This document shows, in pieces, positions 12,101-31,083 of a stretch of DNA of 64,000 nucleotides. The notes below the pieces were generated by a model that was not told the origin of the DNA, ran no database searches, and worked only from the letters and a program-made list of their open reading frames with translations. Position numbers and translations under genes: made by a program. The first letter of the stretch is position 1. Each line of letters begins with the position of its first letter. Source of the stretch: Lingula anatina (lineage: Eukaryota > Animalia > Brachiopoda); assembly GCA_051362555.1 (NCBI GenBank), contig CM120644.1:7076954-7140953 (forward strand), read 5' to 3'.

Positions 12101-14848
12101 GCTTACCGTGTAGTTCACCGTGCAGACAAGAGTAACATTCTCTCCCACGACGGCGTCGTATTTCCAAGCACAATACCTTTCTCTGCAGTGCGGGCTGACA
12201 AAGACCGGTTGGTCGAAGTCACAGCCCTCCTCACCAACTGGAATAAATTCGTAATGAGTACGGTGCTCCAGATACAAGTAGTATCAACTATTATACAGTA
12301 TCTGGGGTAGTTCTATGAATTGTTTTGCTTTAGCCAAATTTCTCTTGGACAATTCATTTTTTTTTAGCCAAACGAAAACTTAATTAGTCAAATTACAAAT
12401 GATGAAGTCAGGCTAATAACTTTACTTTCTTGTAAAATATATTTCTGTTACTATAGTTGAAATTGTTACAAATAGCATCAAATTATTAAAAAAAAAAAGA
12501 TAAACTTGTTAATAAACAACTGCTGAGTTAATATAAATGAAATAAAAATACAAATGCCAGTGTCAAGTAAAAGTTTCGTGTTGCATACCAGGAAGTTCAG
12601 TGCCCCAGTGTGATACTTTATAATATACCGTATACTCTCTGGAATTATCGTCCCAAATCGCATTTGCCTCAAGAAGATAAGCAATTTTCACCTACGGGCA
12701 AATTATTACTTGACCCCACCCTGCCCTTGAATTCGTTTTTAATACAATTATTATGAAATATTTTTATTTTTGAATTCCTGGTTGAACACAAGCACTACCA
12801 TGTCCTACTGAACACTCCAGAAGGTCATATCGACAGGACTGAATAAATGACATAAAAACGTTATCATTTTCATGAAAAAATATACATTTTGGGATTGGCA
12901 ATATCGCCAGAAATGGTGCCTGTATATTTGTAATCCATATTTAATTTATTTATTATTCAAAGTAGTAATAATAATTATACATGTATTTCTTATTTGTTCA
13001 TTTTCCAATTTTGGTTGTGTTTTTTTATTATTATTATTAATTTTCACGGATTTTATTTTTTTATTAACATGGTGAGCTTAATAAAGAATTTTTAAAATGT
13101 CATTTCTGTAATTCTGCAGAGGTGCTATTTCTGTACAGAACATGGACTTCAGTCTCCCATACATTTTATTTATCAACTAAAACATGATTTAAATGATTAC
13201 ATTTGATAACGAAAAGCCCTACAGAGATGACATACTCATTTCGACATGTCAGTTATCGATGTAAAGATAATGCAATAAAACCATGGTAGTTGTTATACAG
13301 CTCTTAATATAACCGCAAATCAAATTTTAAATCTTTTTGCAAGCTGCGACAGAACTTTATAAAACATTTTGACCACTTAATGTTAGTTCAATTACATGAA
13401 GAGACATTCTGTTCTTCGTACTTTAAGAGTGCATTCCCATAGATTTAGATCGTTCCATCTAGTTCTACCTAACTCCCTGGGGGTTCACGCTAAATTGATG
13501 TAAGCCGAGCTCGGCTTACACCCCTTACAGCTTTTACATGTAGTAGGCGGGACAGACGCTTATGCCGGTTAAGCTGACAGTAATCTAGTGAGACTCCCCA
13601 CAGGGATAGATCGATCTAAAATCTGTGGGAATGGGGTCTAAGATATATATTCACAAATTTTAACTGACTTTCAAGTTTTATTTAAAATTATCGCACCTTA
13701 GTGCAGTGGTCATAAAGTGTATAATAACAGTCACGAGCACTGGTCTATTGAAACAAGTAAGTCGATTCTCGGAAGGTCGATAAATAGATGTCGAGTGCAC
13801 TTTGTATTTCAGATATATATATAGCGTTTCATATGTCATACACGAGATGGCGTTGAACATTGACCAGTTAAAGTAATTCACAGGTAGTCAGACTCACCAG
13901 CGCATGATCTACTCAAACTGATAACTCTGTTCTTGGAAAGGTCATCTCAGCCACCATGAACGGAAAATCACCCTGAAGTTCAGAGTGTTGATTGTGACTC
14001 TTTCATACCAAGCATATGTTCATCGTTGTACAGCGCAGGTGCAGGTGCAACAGGAACGGTGGTCTAAGGAATGGAACCCCAGGGTCCCAGAAGATTAGTG
14101 GTTTAGCCTAGGCCCCAACTACGTTTTGGACGCACGGTTTTTAGGTTCCTTGCGTCACCAGTACGTCACCACAAACGTGTGAGGCAAGTGTGAAGCAAAA
14201 CTGACGCAAAAGGGCACTGCTTTTGCCGTGCGTTGCACTCCCTTTGTAAGTGGTTAGTGTGTGCCACGTTCACAGGAAGCAAGACAAACGCAAGAAATGA
14301 GTACAATTTCCACGGCCATCGCTCCTTGCAATTAGCGTCCCTGCTTGAAAGGACAACCCAAGTGGCCCTTGCGACTCGCAAGGCAGACTTTCCTCTACCT
14401 CTGCGACCTCCACGGCCTCCGCAACAATCAAAAATCGCAGGGGACGTACGATCCTGAAATTCGTGCGTCCGGTTGTGACCAAGGCTTTAGTTAAACCCCT
14501 TTATACAGTGGACGGTGCCCTTTCTGCGTCCCTTGTGCGACCATGAAACTGGCAACGCTGTGGTCGCAGAAAAGAGGCAGATTTACAGATTAATACTTCT
14601 CTGGGCGTTGAGTAGAAAAATAGAAAAGCTGTTGATTATCTGAATAAGATTATACGATGACCTCTCCTGTTCCGTCCCTGAAGTTGATTCGATAGACACT
14701 CATATGATTTAGCACAAATAAATCTGGTTTAGCTGCTTATTTAAAGAATCCACCACAGAACTGATGAATTTCAGATCTTACCTGTATCACCCCGACCAAA
14801 ACAGAGAGCAAAAAGAACTGCACATCCGTAAACCAAAGCCGTTGTCAT
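6636..14848 (-). CDS. Type I membrane Ig-superfamily receptor: signal peptide, 2 Ig domains, TM, ITIM-containing tail (~370 aa)
   Basis: Exons 14848-14782, 12237-12107, 11676-11460, 11200-11033, 10539-10378, 9711-9661, 9348-9235, 8715-8605, 6727-6636 join to a 1113-nt open frame. Signal [20 protein letters not shown]; Ig1 GENVTLVC...DEDRWTCSV; Ig2 [25 protein letters not shown]; [24 protein letters not shown]; tail contains VSYSQL. Confidence 0.8.
7143..7421. repeat. (CA)n and (TA)n microsatellites
   Basis: Visible runs at ~7143-7290 and ~7349-7421. Confidence 0.9.
7530..8315. mobile_element. Degenerate foldback/MITE-like element with short subrepeats in inverted arms
   Basis: The left arm repeats CCGATAGATCC/CCTATAGATCCACGT-like motifs (7590-7785). 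The right arm repeats their complements (GGATCTATCGG, 8140-8300). The termini are loosely inverted (GGGTACG..GTCCCAAAATATT vs AATATTTTATTGGGAC..GGACCCC). Confidence 0.5.
9148..9212. repeat. (AAT)n microsatellite
   Basis: Direct; it produces the spurious poly-Ile/Leu ORFs in the track. Confidence 0.9.
13433..13632. mobile_element. ~200-bp MITE, copy 1
   Basis: Terminal inverted repeats ATTCCCATAGATTTAGATCG ... CGATCTAAAATCTGTGGGAAT; a homologous inverted copy lies at 61517-61729. Confidence 0.75.
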
Positions 14849-15590
14849 GGCAGCATCAGTTTATGACTTATGGGTCTTATAGAAAGTGCAAGTTGTCAAA
14901 AACTGTCAAATGAAAGTTGCATGCGGAGCCAATTTATCATGTGACATCATGTTAATGAATAACAGATAGATAGGTTGTAGGTATTTTGCAACTGTTTATA
15001 AGTAACTTATTGATAACTTATCAATTTTGAATTGTGGGGAAATCACCGTTGAAGCCTACATTACATCTGCCACGGGCGCCGTACGATTATATCCTACACG
15101 ATTTCCGTGCGATTTTTTTTTTTTTTACGCTAAAGTTGGTACAGCGAATACGTTGATATTACGTATGGCGGTACGCCGTGCCACTTTACCGACATGACCT
15201 TGAGGTCACGTTTTGTTAAAAAGTTATAGTACAGAGCCTTTTCAGTCCCCGTGCAGTTGCCATACGCTTTCTGTGCGGCTTTCATGAAAATCGGTACGTT
15301 GTCGGTGCAGCCCTCAACGATTTTTTATGCATGTTGTCATAATAAGGAAAATCACAATATCAGATCCGTGCAAGTAAATCACGCTAAGTTTACAACATTT
15401 TTGCTATTGTTATGCCTCCTAGAACCGCAAAAGGTGGAAGGAAAATAGACCAACAACAGGTTCAATCATTTTTCAATGAAATGGAAACTGTGCAATGTCA
15501 TCTACGTTCATGGTACGGCCTAAGGGCTTACCATTTTAAGTTTAAGCTCGATAAAATCGTAGAAACTACGGAGGCCGTGAATCCGTAACG

Positions 15591-15622
<32 letters not shown>

Positions 15623-15720
15623 TATTTATTAACAACTCATAGTAAAAGCGAAAGCAGAAGATCACAGCTTGCAGTCGGAGATCCTGGCGGCCCATACCGG
15701 TGCGAAATCGTAGTCCGGTC
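14100..15720. mobile_element. Probable degraded non-autonomous DNA transposon fragments (CpG-rich, partly inverted repeats)
   Basis: TTAGCCTAGGCCCCAAC..GGACGCACG (~14103) is loosely inverted to CGTGCGTCCGGTTGTGACCAAGGCTTTAG (~14462-14490). A similar CpG-rich segment runs 15050-15720. The interval also spans exon 1 of the Ig receptor. Boundaries are uncertain. Confidence 0.3.
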
Positions 15721-16368
15721 CCCATTACTTGGTACAGGTGAAATTCGCCCCATTTACTATCCCCAATACTCCGACTTACCCTAACCTGCACTAATCAATA
15801 TGGGCTCTATGTAATGTTAATTATCTCCAACAAGGATGCGCCAGAAGCTATTAACATGCTATATAAACTGTATACGTTATCCGTGCTAAATTTGTTGAAC
15901 CACTTTCCGCCTCTCGCCAAGCCCGTGTTACACCGGGAACCCTTAATTTTGGCCCACTCTTGTAAATATGCAACAAAAGAGAAGGCTGTGATACATTAAA
16001 AGGATAACAGCTGTTCATTTTGGCCAAAAAATGAATTTTTCTGGGGTTAACAGCAATTCCCCCGTACTTACCAACGGTTAATGAATCCATTTCTACATTC
16101 AAAGTTAGTCCCTTTTTTTTTTTGTAATAATCTCTTGATCTTTCTTGACGTTGATGGCCATGTATTGTCAAAGCTTCAACTGTCAAGAGGGTGAGAGTGG
16201 GCCAACATTTCTTCCCCAAGCAGTCGCAAATATTTCATGGTGTAAATTTACATAACCTCAACTAAATAAGTGGCTAGAAAGATACACACGCACAAAAATA
16301 AAAAAAGAAAAAAAGAAATAAATCATGGGCATTACCCATCCCAAGCTAATTAACTCGCAAGAAATATC

Positions 16369-16375
16369 TATAAAA
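16369..16375 (+). promoter_or_regulatory. TATA box
   Basis: TATAAAA about 65 nt upstream of the ATG at 16440. Confidence 0.5.
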
Positions 16376-16439
16376 CACTGCATAAAAACCACGACTGCCA
16401 TTTAAAGATCGAGATTAAGCAAGGGCGCGAAAAGAAAAG

Positions 16440-17654
16440 ATGAGCTGGATGTTTTACTTTGCAGTGATCCTAGCAGAGGCGCTCCTCGAAAACGCAGGTA
16501 TTGGTGTTACAGCTGTAATAAATCAGCTCGTATTTCACTTTCGTTAGAGATATTGGTAAAATTTAAATCTGCTGTGGCGTCAGTCGAAAATTCAAAGTGA
16601 CCAGTCAAAGTGATCTTTGCGGTCATAAATCTTTATATTTTTTCTTAAATGGCTCAACCTTCATTGGTAATTTCTGTTCGTTATTAGTGTGTTGGTTCAC
16701 TTTGCTTAATTTTAACCGTGACCCGAGAATGACTAGAATTTATGAATGACAGTCAATGTAGCACATTATTATTCGGAAATCTGACACCTTTTTGTAGTCG
16801 CGCAAAGCTCCAAGAGTTCTTGCGAAAAGTATGGGACTGTTTTCTTCCCGGTGCCGAACACACACTGCCAAGATTTCTCCCAGGAGGCAATAGAGGGCAG
16901 CAGGTACCAGTACAGGCTAAAGAGGTGTGGGGAGCACCTGGCCTTTGACGTCGAAGTATGCGCCTGTAACTGGAAAACAGAATTCTCTTGCCCTCTTAGT
17001 GAGTCTTGTCTCATTTGTTTGGTTTGATAATGAAACTTTTAATAAGCCAATTGATTATGAACTTATTTCATAGCAAATAGTAATATGTATAGGCCTATAT
17101 TTATCCGCACCGGTTTGTATCTTAACGTACGAGTATATGTTATTTCTAATTAATAAATTTATCCATTTACTTAGGCCTATTTATCTATTTCTGACAAAGG
17201 CTTAATAATGATCTTATCCATTTATTCAACTATCCTTTTGTTGGGCCAGGGAATTATATCCGATATAATTCCCTGGTTGGGCATATATTACGTTATCCGT
17301 CTATAAAAATAAAATCAATTAGTTTAATTTTCTCGCTCATTTATTCATTTATAGGCCCTTTATGTTGGCCGGTTGGTTGATGTACAGAAATCAGTTCATT
17401 TTTCAGCTTTCAACTACACGTCTTCGCCAAAATACATCTCATGTGTGGCGAAGTGTATGGGCCTCACTACCGTGGCGGTGCAGAACATATTCAGTGACTG
17501 CGGCACCAGTGCTGGCTGCTGGGCAGGACATGGGGGCAGCTACTGCTACTTTATCTGTCACATTCGACCAGAGCAACCAGGTGCGTCCTCTCCACCCTCT
17601 CTCTCTCTCTCTCTCTCTCTCTCAGAATATCATGTCAGTGAGTGAGTGTTCACT

Positions 17655-17698
<44 letters not shown>

Positions 17699-17999
17699 GG
17701 TGACCAGTGCATACCTGACTCCGGTCAAGTGTGGAGCGCATGTGGCTCCGCCTGTACCAAGACATGCCGCGACCCCAACCCACCTTGCCGTAATAAGCAG
17801 TGTGTAGCAAGATGTCAGTGCCCGCCAAGCAGACCGCTTTCCTTGGGTGGACAGTGTGTCAGCGCAGCCCAGTGCCCCTCACGTAAGCGCCACTCATCTA
17901 ACTAAAAATACGAATACTAACGAATCTCTGGATATAGGCCTACCTGTGTAGCAACCTGCTACATGCGTTTGTAATTTTTATTTATTTATTTATTTATTT

Positions 18000-18046
<47 letters not shown>

Positions 18047-18401
18047 TTTTTGTGGTACAATTATCATTGGCATGTAAACAAAATACATTATACTTAGGCC
18101 TACTGGTACTTTTCAAGTATTTATTCAGATAAGTAAAATAGCTAACTAAAATAAATCAGTGCGTTTATTATTATAAAAAAATGTTTAAATATTTAATATT
18201 TCTCTTTTATTTTTCACAGTCGCGGCGACTAATTGTACAGTGTTTGGCAACAACTACCTGGTGATTGCAAATACCCAATGCAAGCAGTTTGTCCAAGGCC
18301 CGCCAGGTGTCCCCACAACCAAGACGTGCATACCCGGCAGCGCATTCGACCCGCTGAGGTGCGGCTGCGTACGTGAAGGCACATTTCCTTGTCCTAATTA
18401 G
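16440..18401 (+). CDS. Secreted Cys-rich protein: variant CBM14 chitin-binding domain, 6-Cys module, TIL domain, second variant CBM14 (~265 aa)
   Basis: All-phase-1 exons 16440-16497, 16798-16998, 17407-17580, 17700-17882, 18220-18401 (TAG); 798 nt. Signal MSWMFYFAVILAEALLENA; CEKYGTVFFPVPNTHCQDFSQ..CGEHLAFDVEVCACNW..C; 10-Cys TIL CIPD..CGSACTKTC..CRNKQCVARCQC..CVSAAQC; CTV..CKQFVQ..CIPGSAFDPLRCGC..C. Confidence 0.85.
17598..18048. repeat. (TC)n, (TAT)n and (TTTA)n intronic microsatellites
   Basis: Runs at ~17598-17623, 17658-17697 and 17977-18048. Confidence 0.85.
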
Positions 18402-20041
18402 AATCATAAAACCAAATACCGCACACCTGATTCAAAATCCTTCAATACTGCGCATGTGAGGATGAATTATAAGTTTGTATCTAAGAAAAATGATACAAAC
18501 GATGATAAAAGAAAATAGGCCCAAAATAAAATTAAATGATCTCTACACTAGTAAATGATATTCCCCCTGTGCCGGTATTTATTTATTTCACGCTACCTAT
18601 ACTATGTACACTAATGTTTGGCCTGTGGAAAACATATCCTATATTTTTTTATAAATTGAATGCAAAATGACACTCTGTGTCTTTCTAACTTCAAGGGCAC
18701 GAAGATCTCGCTTGACATCATTCTATTTGGCTTTAGGCCTTCATTGTTTTAACCATTGGTACCATACCAAAACCCTATATAAAGGTGCATTTCGCAAGCT
18801 GACAAGTCTAAAATATTCAGAAAAATAAAACTGAATCAATTCTAAATTGTATTCAGTCTTTTTAAACATATGTGATCAGTTGATCTATGTGAGTCTTTAG
18901 TGAAATCAGTCTTAGAAGACATTTCCTGAATGTCGTAAAATACTCTGTGGAAAGTATTTCCTTAACTTGTTTACTGTTTTGAACTTAATGGAGACACGTA
19001 GAATTTCGTGGAATAAACACACCTTTGTTTAACATGACACGTGTCTTCCTGTTTATTATTCATACAGCATCCAAATAACATTAAGGGGTGAAATCTTTTT
19101 TCAAACCAATAACTTGTGTTGTGGACAAGCTAGTAACAACTAAAACACAAACTTAATCTTAGCGTCAAAAGACAAAGATGGGAAGAATAAAAGCAAACTA
19201 TAGATTTATCCCAAAAATATGAATCGTTGAGAAAAATTTAATCTGTTGCCAAATTATTTTTCTTTCTTTAAGGTGAATTTACGAAGTAACAACAGAAGGG
19301 CAATGGGAAATGAAAATAGCTGTTACTAAAGCAGCAGTGTATGTGATTTTGTTGTCTTAATTCTACTTTTCATCTTTCGCATTTCCCGTGCAATTTTATC
19401 CGAAAGAAGGTGTTGATACGGATTTTATTTAAAACAGAAATACAGAGAATAAAAGGCATACATACAATCATTATCCGGTTGCTAGTCTCGCATTTTTAAG
19501 AACCGGTGTTTAAAAAAATGTATTCCAGCGCAGTATCGGAACTAAAAGGCGGGTATCTGTTCGAGCAAATTGTTGTTTTCTAAATAAAGCCAACATAGGT
19601 TTTTTTTTCTTATAGTCCATGATACGTCTTTTAAATAAAACGTACAATATAATCTCTTTAATTCAAATTGCAATGCATGTACCAAACTAATTAATGCAAC
19701 AAAACAATTTGAACAAAGCAGTAAAAAATCAGAAAAATAGGCACTATTGTATCAGTTGTATCCAGGGGGATGTTGCTAAATTTGGGAAACCGTGATTCAG
19801 TCAAATAATTTATGATATACAAAATAAGACTATGTGACTAGCCTGCAAATATACAAGGTTGTATAAGGCTTCCGTCACTCCTGCTCCGGACCAGACTGGT
19901 TTAGTGTGTGCACGTGACGACTGGAAAATTTACCGTTCATAATTTGTATATATATGCAATCCAACTCTCGATCAAAGTCGAGACTGGGAGTGGGGGAATG
20001 TGGGGGGGGGGGGGGGGGGGGGACCCTCTGTCCACCACCAG

Positions 20042-20189
20042 GGCCCCGTATCTCGAAAGCATCGGGTATTGCGAATCGCTATATCAAATAGAGGCTTCAA
20101 TGTATTATATGGGACGAGTAAGGACGAGTTATGGAACAGAGACTCTTGCGAACGTGCGCAACATAGCGAAGCTTTCGAGATACGGGGCC
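20042..20189. mobile_element. PIF/Harbinger-type MITE, copy 1
   Basis: Perfect TIR GGCCCCGTATCTCGAAAGC / GCTTTCGAGATACGGGGCC with a CAG duplication on both sides. Confidence 0.75.
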
Positions 20190-20681
20190 CAGGATCTGCC
20201 AGTGATAAACGTTCATGTTCTACCCAATCACTCTTGGTGCAATGCTAAGATAAGATTTCTTAGTTTAGTCCCAACTGACGATTATATCCTAAGTTGAATT
20301 CCTCCTCAGTTGCGATCACTAGGTCACGTTTACAAGAGAGCAGAGCAACTGGTAACATTGCCCCCCTCCCCCTCCAGTGTTAAACATATAAACATTATCA
20401 ATCATTATACCAGTTATTCAAAATTGTCTCCACCTATGCTGTATCCACCAAGGTGGTACCAGGCGAGTACCAGTATGTATGCCTGTCAGAAAAACAGCGG
20501 AGTTAATACAACTCTTTAGTGTATTATTTATCATTTTAAATGCAAAATCTTCGTGAGTTTCTGTCTGTTAAATTTATGTATTTCCTGGTGTTGCGCTGCT
20601 GGAAAGACATAAAAATGCGCCACAAGTAGAACAGATTCATTCGTCGACGACAGAAGACGGTTTAAGCCTCTGAGGATACTG

Positions 20682-22457
20682 ATGATGGCACGTGTATTTC
20701 TGTTAGCAGTGGTGTTAGTGGTGCAGATTGTAGACTACACAGGTAAGGTGCAACGCACACGTTTTAACTAAGCGACGAGTTACCAAACAAGACGGTGCAT
20801 CGTTTTTATGTCTTGTTCACTGAACTTTTTAAAATTTTTTTAATTATTATTTTTTTTAGAATGAGAGAGAAAGATGTCTGTAAAAATGAGAGGCCTAACT
20901 GTCTGTCGACGCATGGATAAAAGTAAAACACTACACGCAATATTGTATTTTTCCAGTTGCGCAAAAAAGTTCCTGCGAGGAATTGGGAACAGTTTTCTAC
21001 CCGGTGCCTGCCACACGGTGCGAGGAGTTCTCCCAGGAAGCAAAGTTCGGTGCCCCTAGTCAGTACAGAATAAAGAAATGCAAACCGGATCTTGCCTTTG
21101 ACGTCCACGAGTGCGCTTGCAACTGGAAGTATGCATTCACCTGCCCAAACAGTGAGTGATTCGAATTAAAAAAAAAAAAAAGAAAAAAACTTTTTCTGAC
21201 AATTCATTGTTTTCTTTAATTTCTTATGCAACTGGTATTTTTCAACAATATTCTTTATCATGGTGATCACGTCGCTCTTTTAGTTAATATAATGCTTATA
21301 ATAATATTAATGACATGGCGTTTTGCTCCTCTTCTCTTAAAAAAAAATGTACGTTGCAATTTGATTCCTTGGCTAGCAAACACTTCATTAACCTTATTTT
21401 CGATAATCCAGTGCAGATCTCTTTTAGAATAACAAAGATAAAAAATCTGGCAAATGTACAGACCTGTATTTGTACAATTCTGTTTAACACAATTTACATA
21501 TACAAACACATTACGAGTAGGCCTATAGCCAAAAACCTGGAATATCATAATTACCCTAACCAAATTGATGCATAGATAACATACTCGTGGTTAAAGCGCT
21601 ATAGATATTTTAACACAAATTCCCAATAAGGCCAAGGATATGAATAACATTACGTTCACTTAAGATATTATTCTTCTTGTATTTCAGCCCTCAATTACCC
21701 AGAAACACCCAAGTTTATAGCGTGCATGGCGGACTGTATGTATAAAACAAGCCAAGAAATTCAGGACATCTTCAGCCAATGTGGTACCAATTTCGGATGC
21801 TGGGATAGCAGAGGGGGAGGGAGATGTCATTCTCGTTGTAACATAGAACCAGAGGAACCAGGTGCGTACAGGGTGGATATCCGCTTATCTAGCTTGTTCG
21901 TTTATATACTCGGTCTCACCCTCTCACCACTCTACATTTTCTAACTCTACACCTCGATCCCCTCTCCCATCTCTCTCTCCCTGTCTCAAAACATGATTAC
22001 AATTTATGGCGGCTGATCCAGGATTGTTCTAGGGGAGGGTGGCAGAAAAGTCTGGGTGGGAAATGAAAAATTTAAAGGGAGAGACAGGTGAAGGACCAAC
22101 TTGTAGTCACCCAATGGTTATCGTATAGAGACAACAAGTGCAGAACTCTGGTAAAATGACATATGCATACATTGTACGACCGCATATATTGTAAAGACTT
22201 AAGCCCGCATTGTGCCAAAGTGCACAGGCATGAGCCAGGAATTAAAAAAAAAAAAATAAATAAATAAAATAAATCAATCACTATTTGTTATGGGGCCAAC
22301 ACAATTTGGTCGGGGGTCTGGGGGACGCATTTGGAACTGAAATAATTATTCATGGAAAAAGCACATGCCTGAGAGTACAACGGAAATATAACATTTACAG
22401 TGTATTATATGTTGTCTTTTCTTGATTATTTCAGTCACAGGCCTAAACGAGCACTAG
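20682..22457 (+). CDS. Secreted Cys-rich paralog: variant CBM14 plus 6-Cys module (~150 aa)
   Basis: Exons 20682-20742, 20957-21151, 21688-21861, 22435-22457 (TAG); 453 nt. Signal MMARVFLLAVVLVVQIVDYT. Exons 2 and 3 are homologous to 16798-16998 and 17407-17580 with the same intron phases. AATAAA near 22687. Confidence 0.8.
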
Positions 22458-23204
22458 TTTTTCCACAGCCCACCAGATGTCTTCGAAATCAAGATAAGCC
22501 TTCCTAGCAACAGCTTTCAAACCCTCTTGCGTGCCTGTGCATGAAAACTGCATACCACCACGTTTCAGTTGGAAAAAGAAAGAACTATACACTTCTCTTC
22601 TGAACTGAATGGATTGTAGAAAAAAAACTTATCCTGACTGACTCTACTTTTCAGCTATTTTCAAAAATTCAAAAATTTGCACAAAAAATAAATGATCAAA
22701 TTTCTTGATTTTCTTGTTTTATCTATTATTGAAACATGTACTTTGTGGTACTCCTCAAGACAACAAAGCCATGCATATCACAAATGAATAAATATCGACT
22801 GAGCAAAAAAAAAAAAATAGAAAATAAATAAATAAAAACATTTTTGAATATAAAATCTCATGATTCAGAAATAGTTAATATAGCTCGAGATATTCAAATT
22901 TTCAAAACTTAAGACTAGGATTAGTGAATGGTTTGTTAAAGCTATTTAACAGGAAGTATTACAATAGGTACAGACTAAAACAAGTTGAATTTTTTTAAAT
23001 AAAAATGACACAATGTCATGTTCTTCATAAACATAGTACAGTACCCAGAGCTTCACTGCATTCTTCAGCATTGTCAAGCGTTAGATTTGTAGTAGTGCTC
23101 TGCCATTTAATATCAATGGTGTATTATTTGGCTCCTCTTCCCTCAGAGTTAGTTACACCTTCCTCCTTGTCATGAATGAATTTATAAAAATGCCACAGAT
23201 CACA

Positions 23205-29962
<6,758 letters not shown>

Positions 29963-30260
29963 TTGAAACATCTTCGTTTTCAGTCATTCATGAAGTTTAC
30001 ATTCACGGTCCCATTGTTTCTTTCTCCGCTGTTTCTCTCCCACAACTTCAGTTATTCCCTGTTACACAACTTCAGTTATTTCCTGTCACTCTTGAAACGG
30101 GGCGTAAACGAATATAAACATGAACCCCGCATATCAGTGCTTGTGCTCTATGTGGTGTTGTCGGTGTGGTGTCTCAAGGGGGCTGCCATGTTGCTTCTCG
30201 TGATCTCGCGGATTTTCCCGCTTGCAACTTATCAAATTAAGGTTATATCATGATATGAAT
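29963..30260. promoter_or_regulatory. Putative bidirectional promoter (METTL5 / C1GALT1 locus)
   Basis: Divergent ATGs at 29962 (-) and 31084 (+). A locally CpG-rich patch contains a YY1-like GCCATGTT and TCTCGTGA/TCTCGCG motifs at ~30185-30210. Confidence 0.5.
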
Positions 30261-31083
30261 CATTCAGCGAATCATTACATTGTGAAGTAATTAACAAAGT
30301 TATTACTCTAATTCAAGCGATACTTTTCGGTAAATGTTGCCTATATAACATGAAACTTTGTAAATTTCAGGAAAATTTATATTTTCTTGTAAAGCGCCCT
30401 CTAGGACAGAAATAGAAAATATCAAAACATGTCTGCGCCCATGGAGAAGGAGGTGTTTTAGTAAAGCCTAACAAATATCTAGAGTAAGTATTGCATTTGA
30501 TACTATTTACACATTTCTACATTCATGCTCACGTGATTTTGCTTGGAGTGGCTGAAATGATTGGGGAGGAACTGTACGCTTGCGCGTGTGTTTGTGAATG
30601 CATGGTTGTTGGAGTACTGTAGAGTATGAGATGCAGGAAGGAGGGGGGGGGGAGGGCGGGGTCTCCATCGCTATCTTCATGTGCTTTGTTTTTATAGACC
30701 AGCAAACCACCGCTAAATACTGTTATTGAAGAACGATTTGTATTGTGACCAATGTTAAAGCCAAATATGAATAACTAGGTAAACGGTAGCTGAGACTCTT
30801 AAAGTTACTACATTTACTTGTAGGTGTGGCCAGAGTTAATTTTCTTTAAAAACATTTTAATGAAATATAAAAAAGGATAAAAATTCCAGAATCCATGCTA
30901 CTAGCAAAACGGGCTTAACTTGCTGTGCATGATGTCAAGTGCAAACCATCTTGCACAGTTTCCTCTTGCCAAATAGTACTTAATTAATATACATGTATAT
31001 TGCACATTTATAAATACATTTTTTCTCTTTTTCAGTTTTACCGAACACTTAACATGCTAGTACAATAAAAAGGCAATTTACTT

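Noticed and set aside
13898-13980. Extra exon in Ig receptor intron 1 (GTGAGT donor on -)
   Set aside because: Stops in all frames from the candidate acceptor, and the model is already in phase without it.
19908-20297. 129-aa ORF
   Set aside because: It spans a poly-G run and a MITE and has no recognisable motif.
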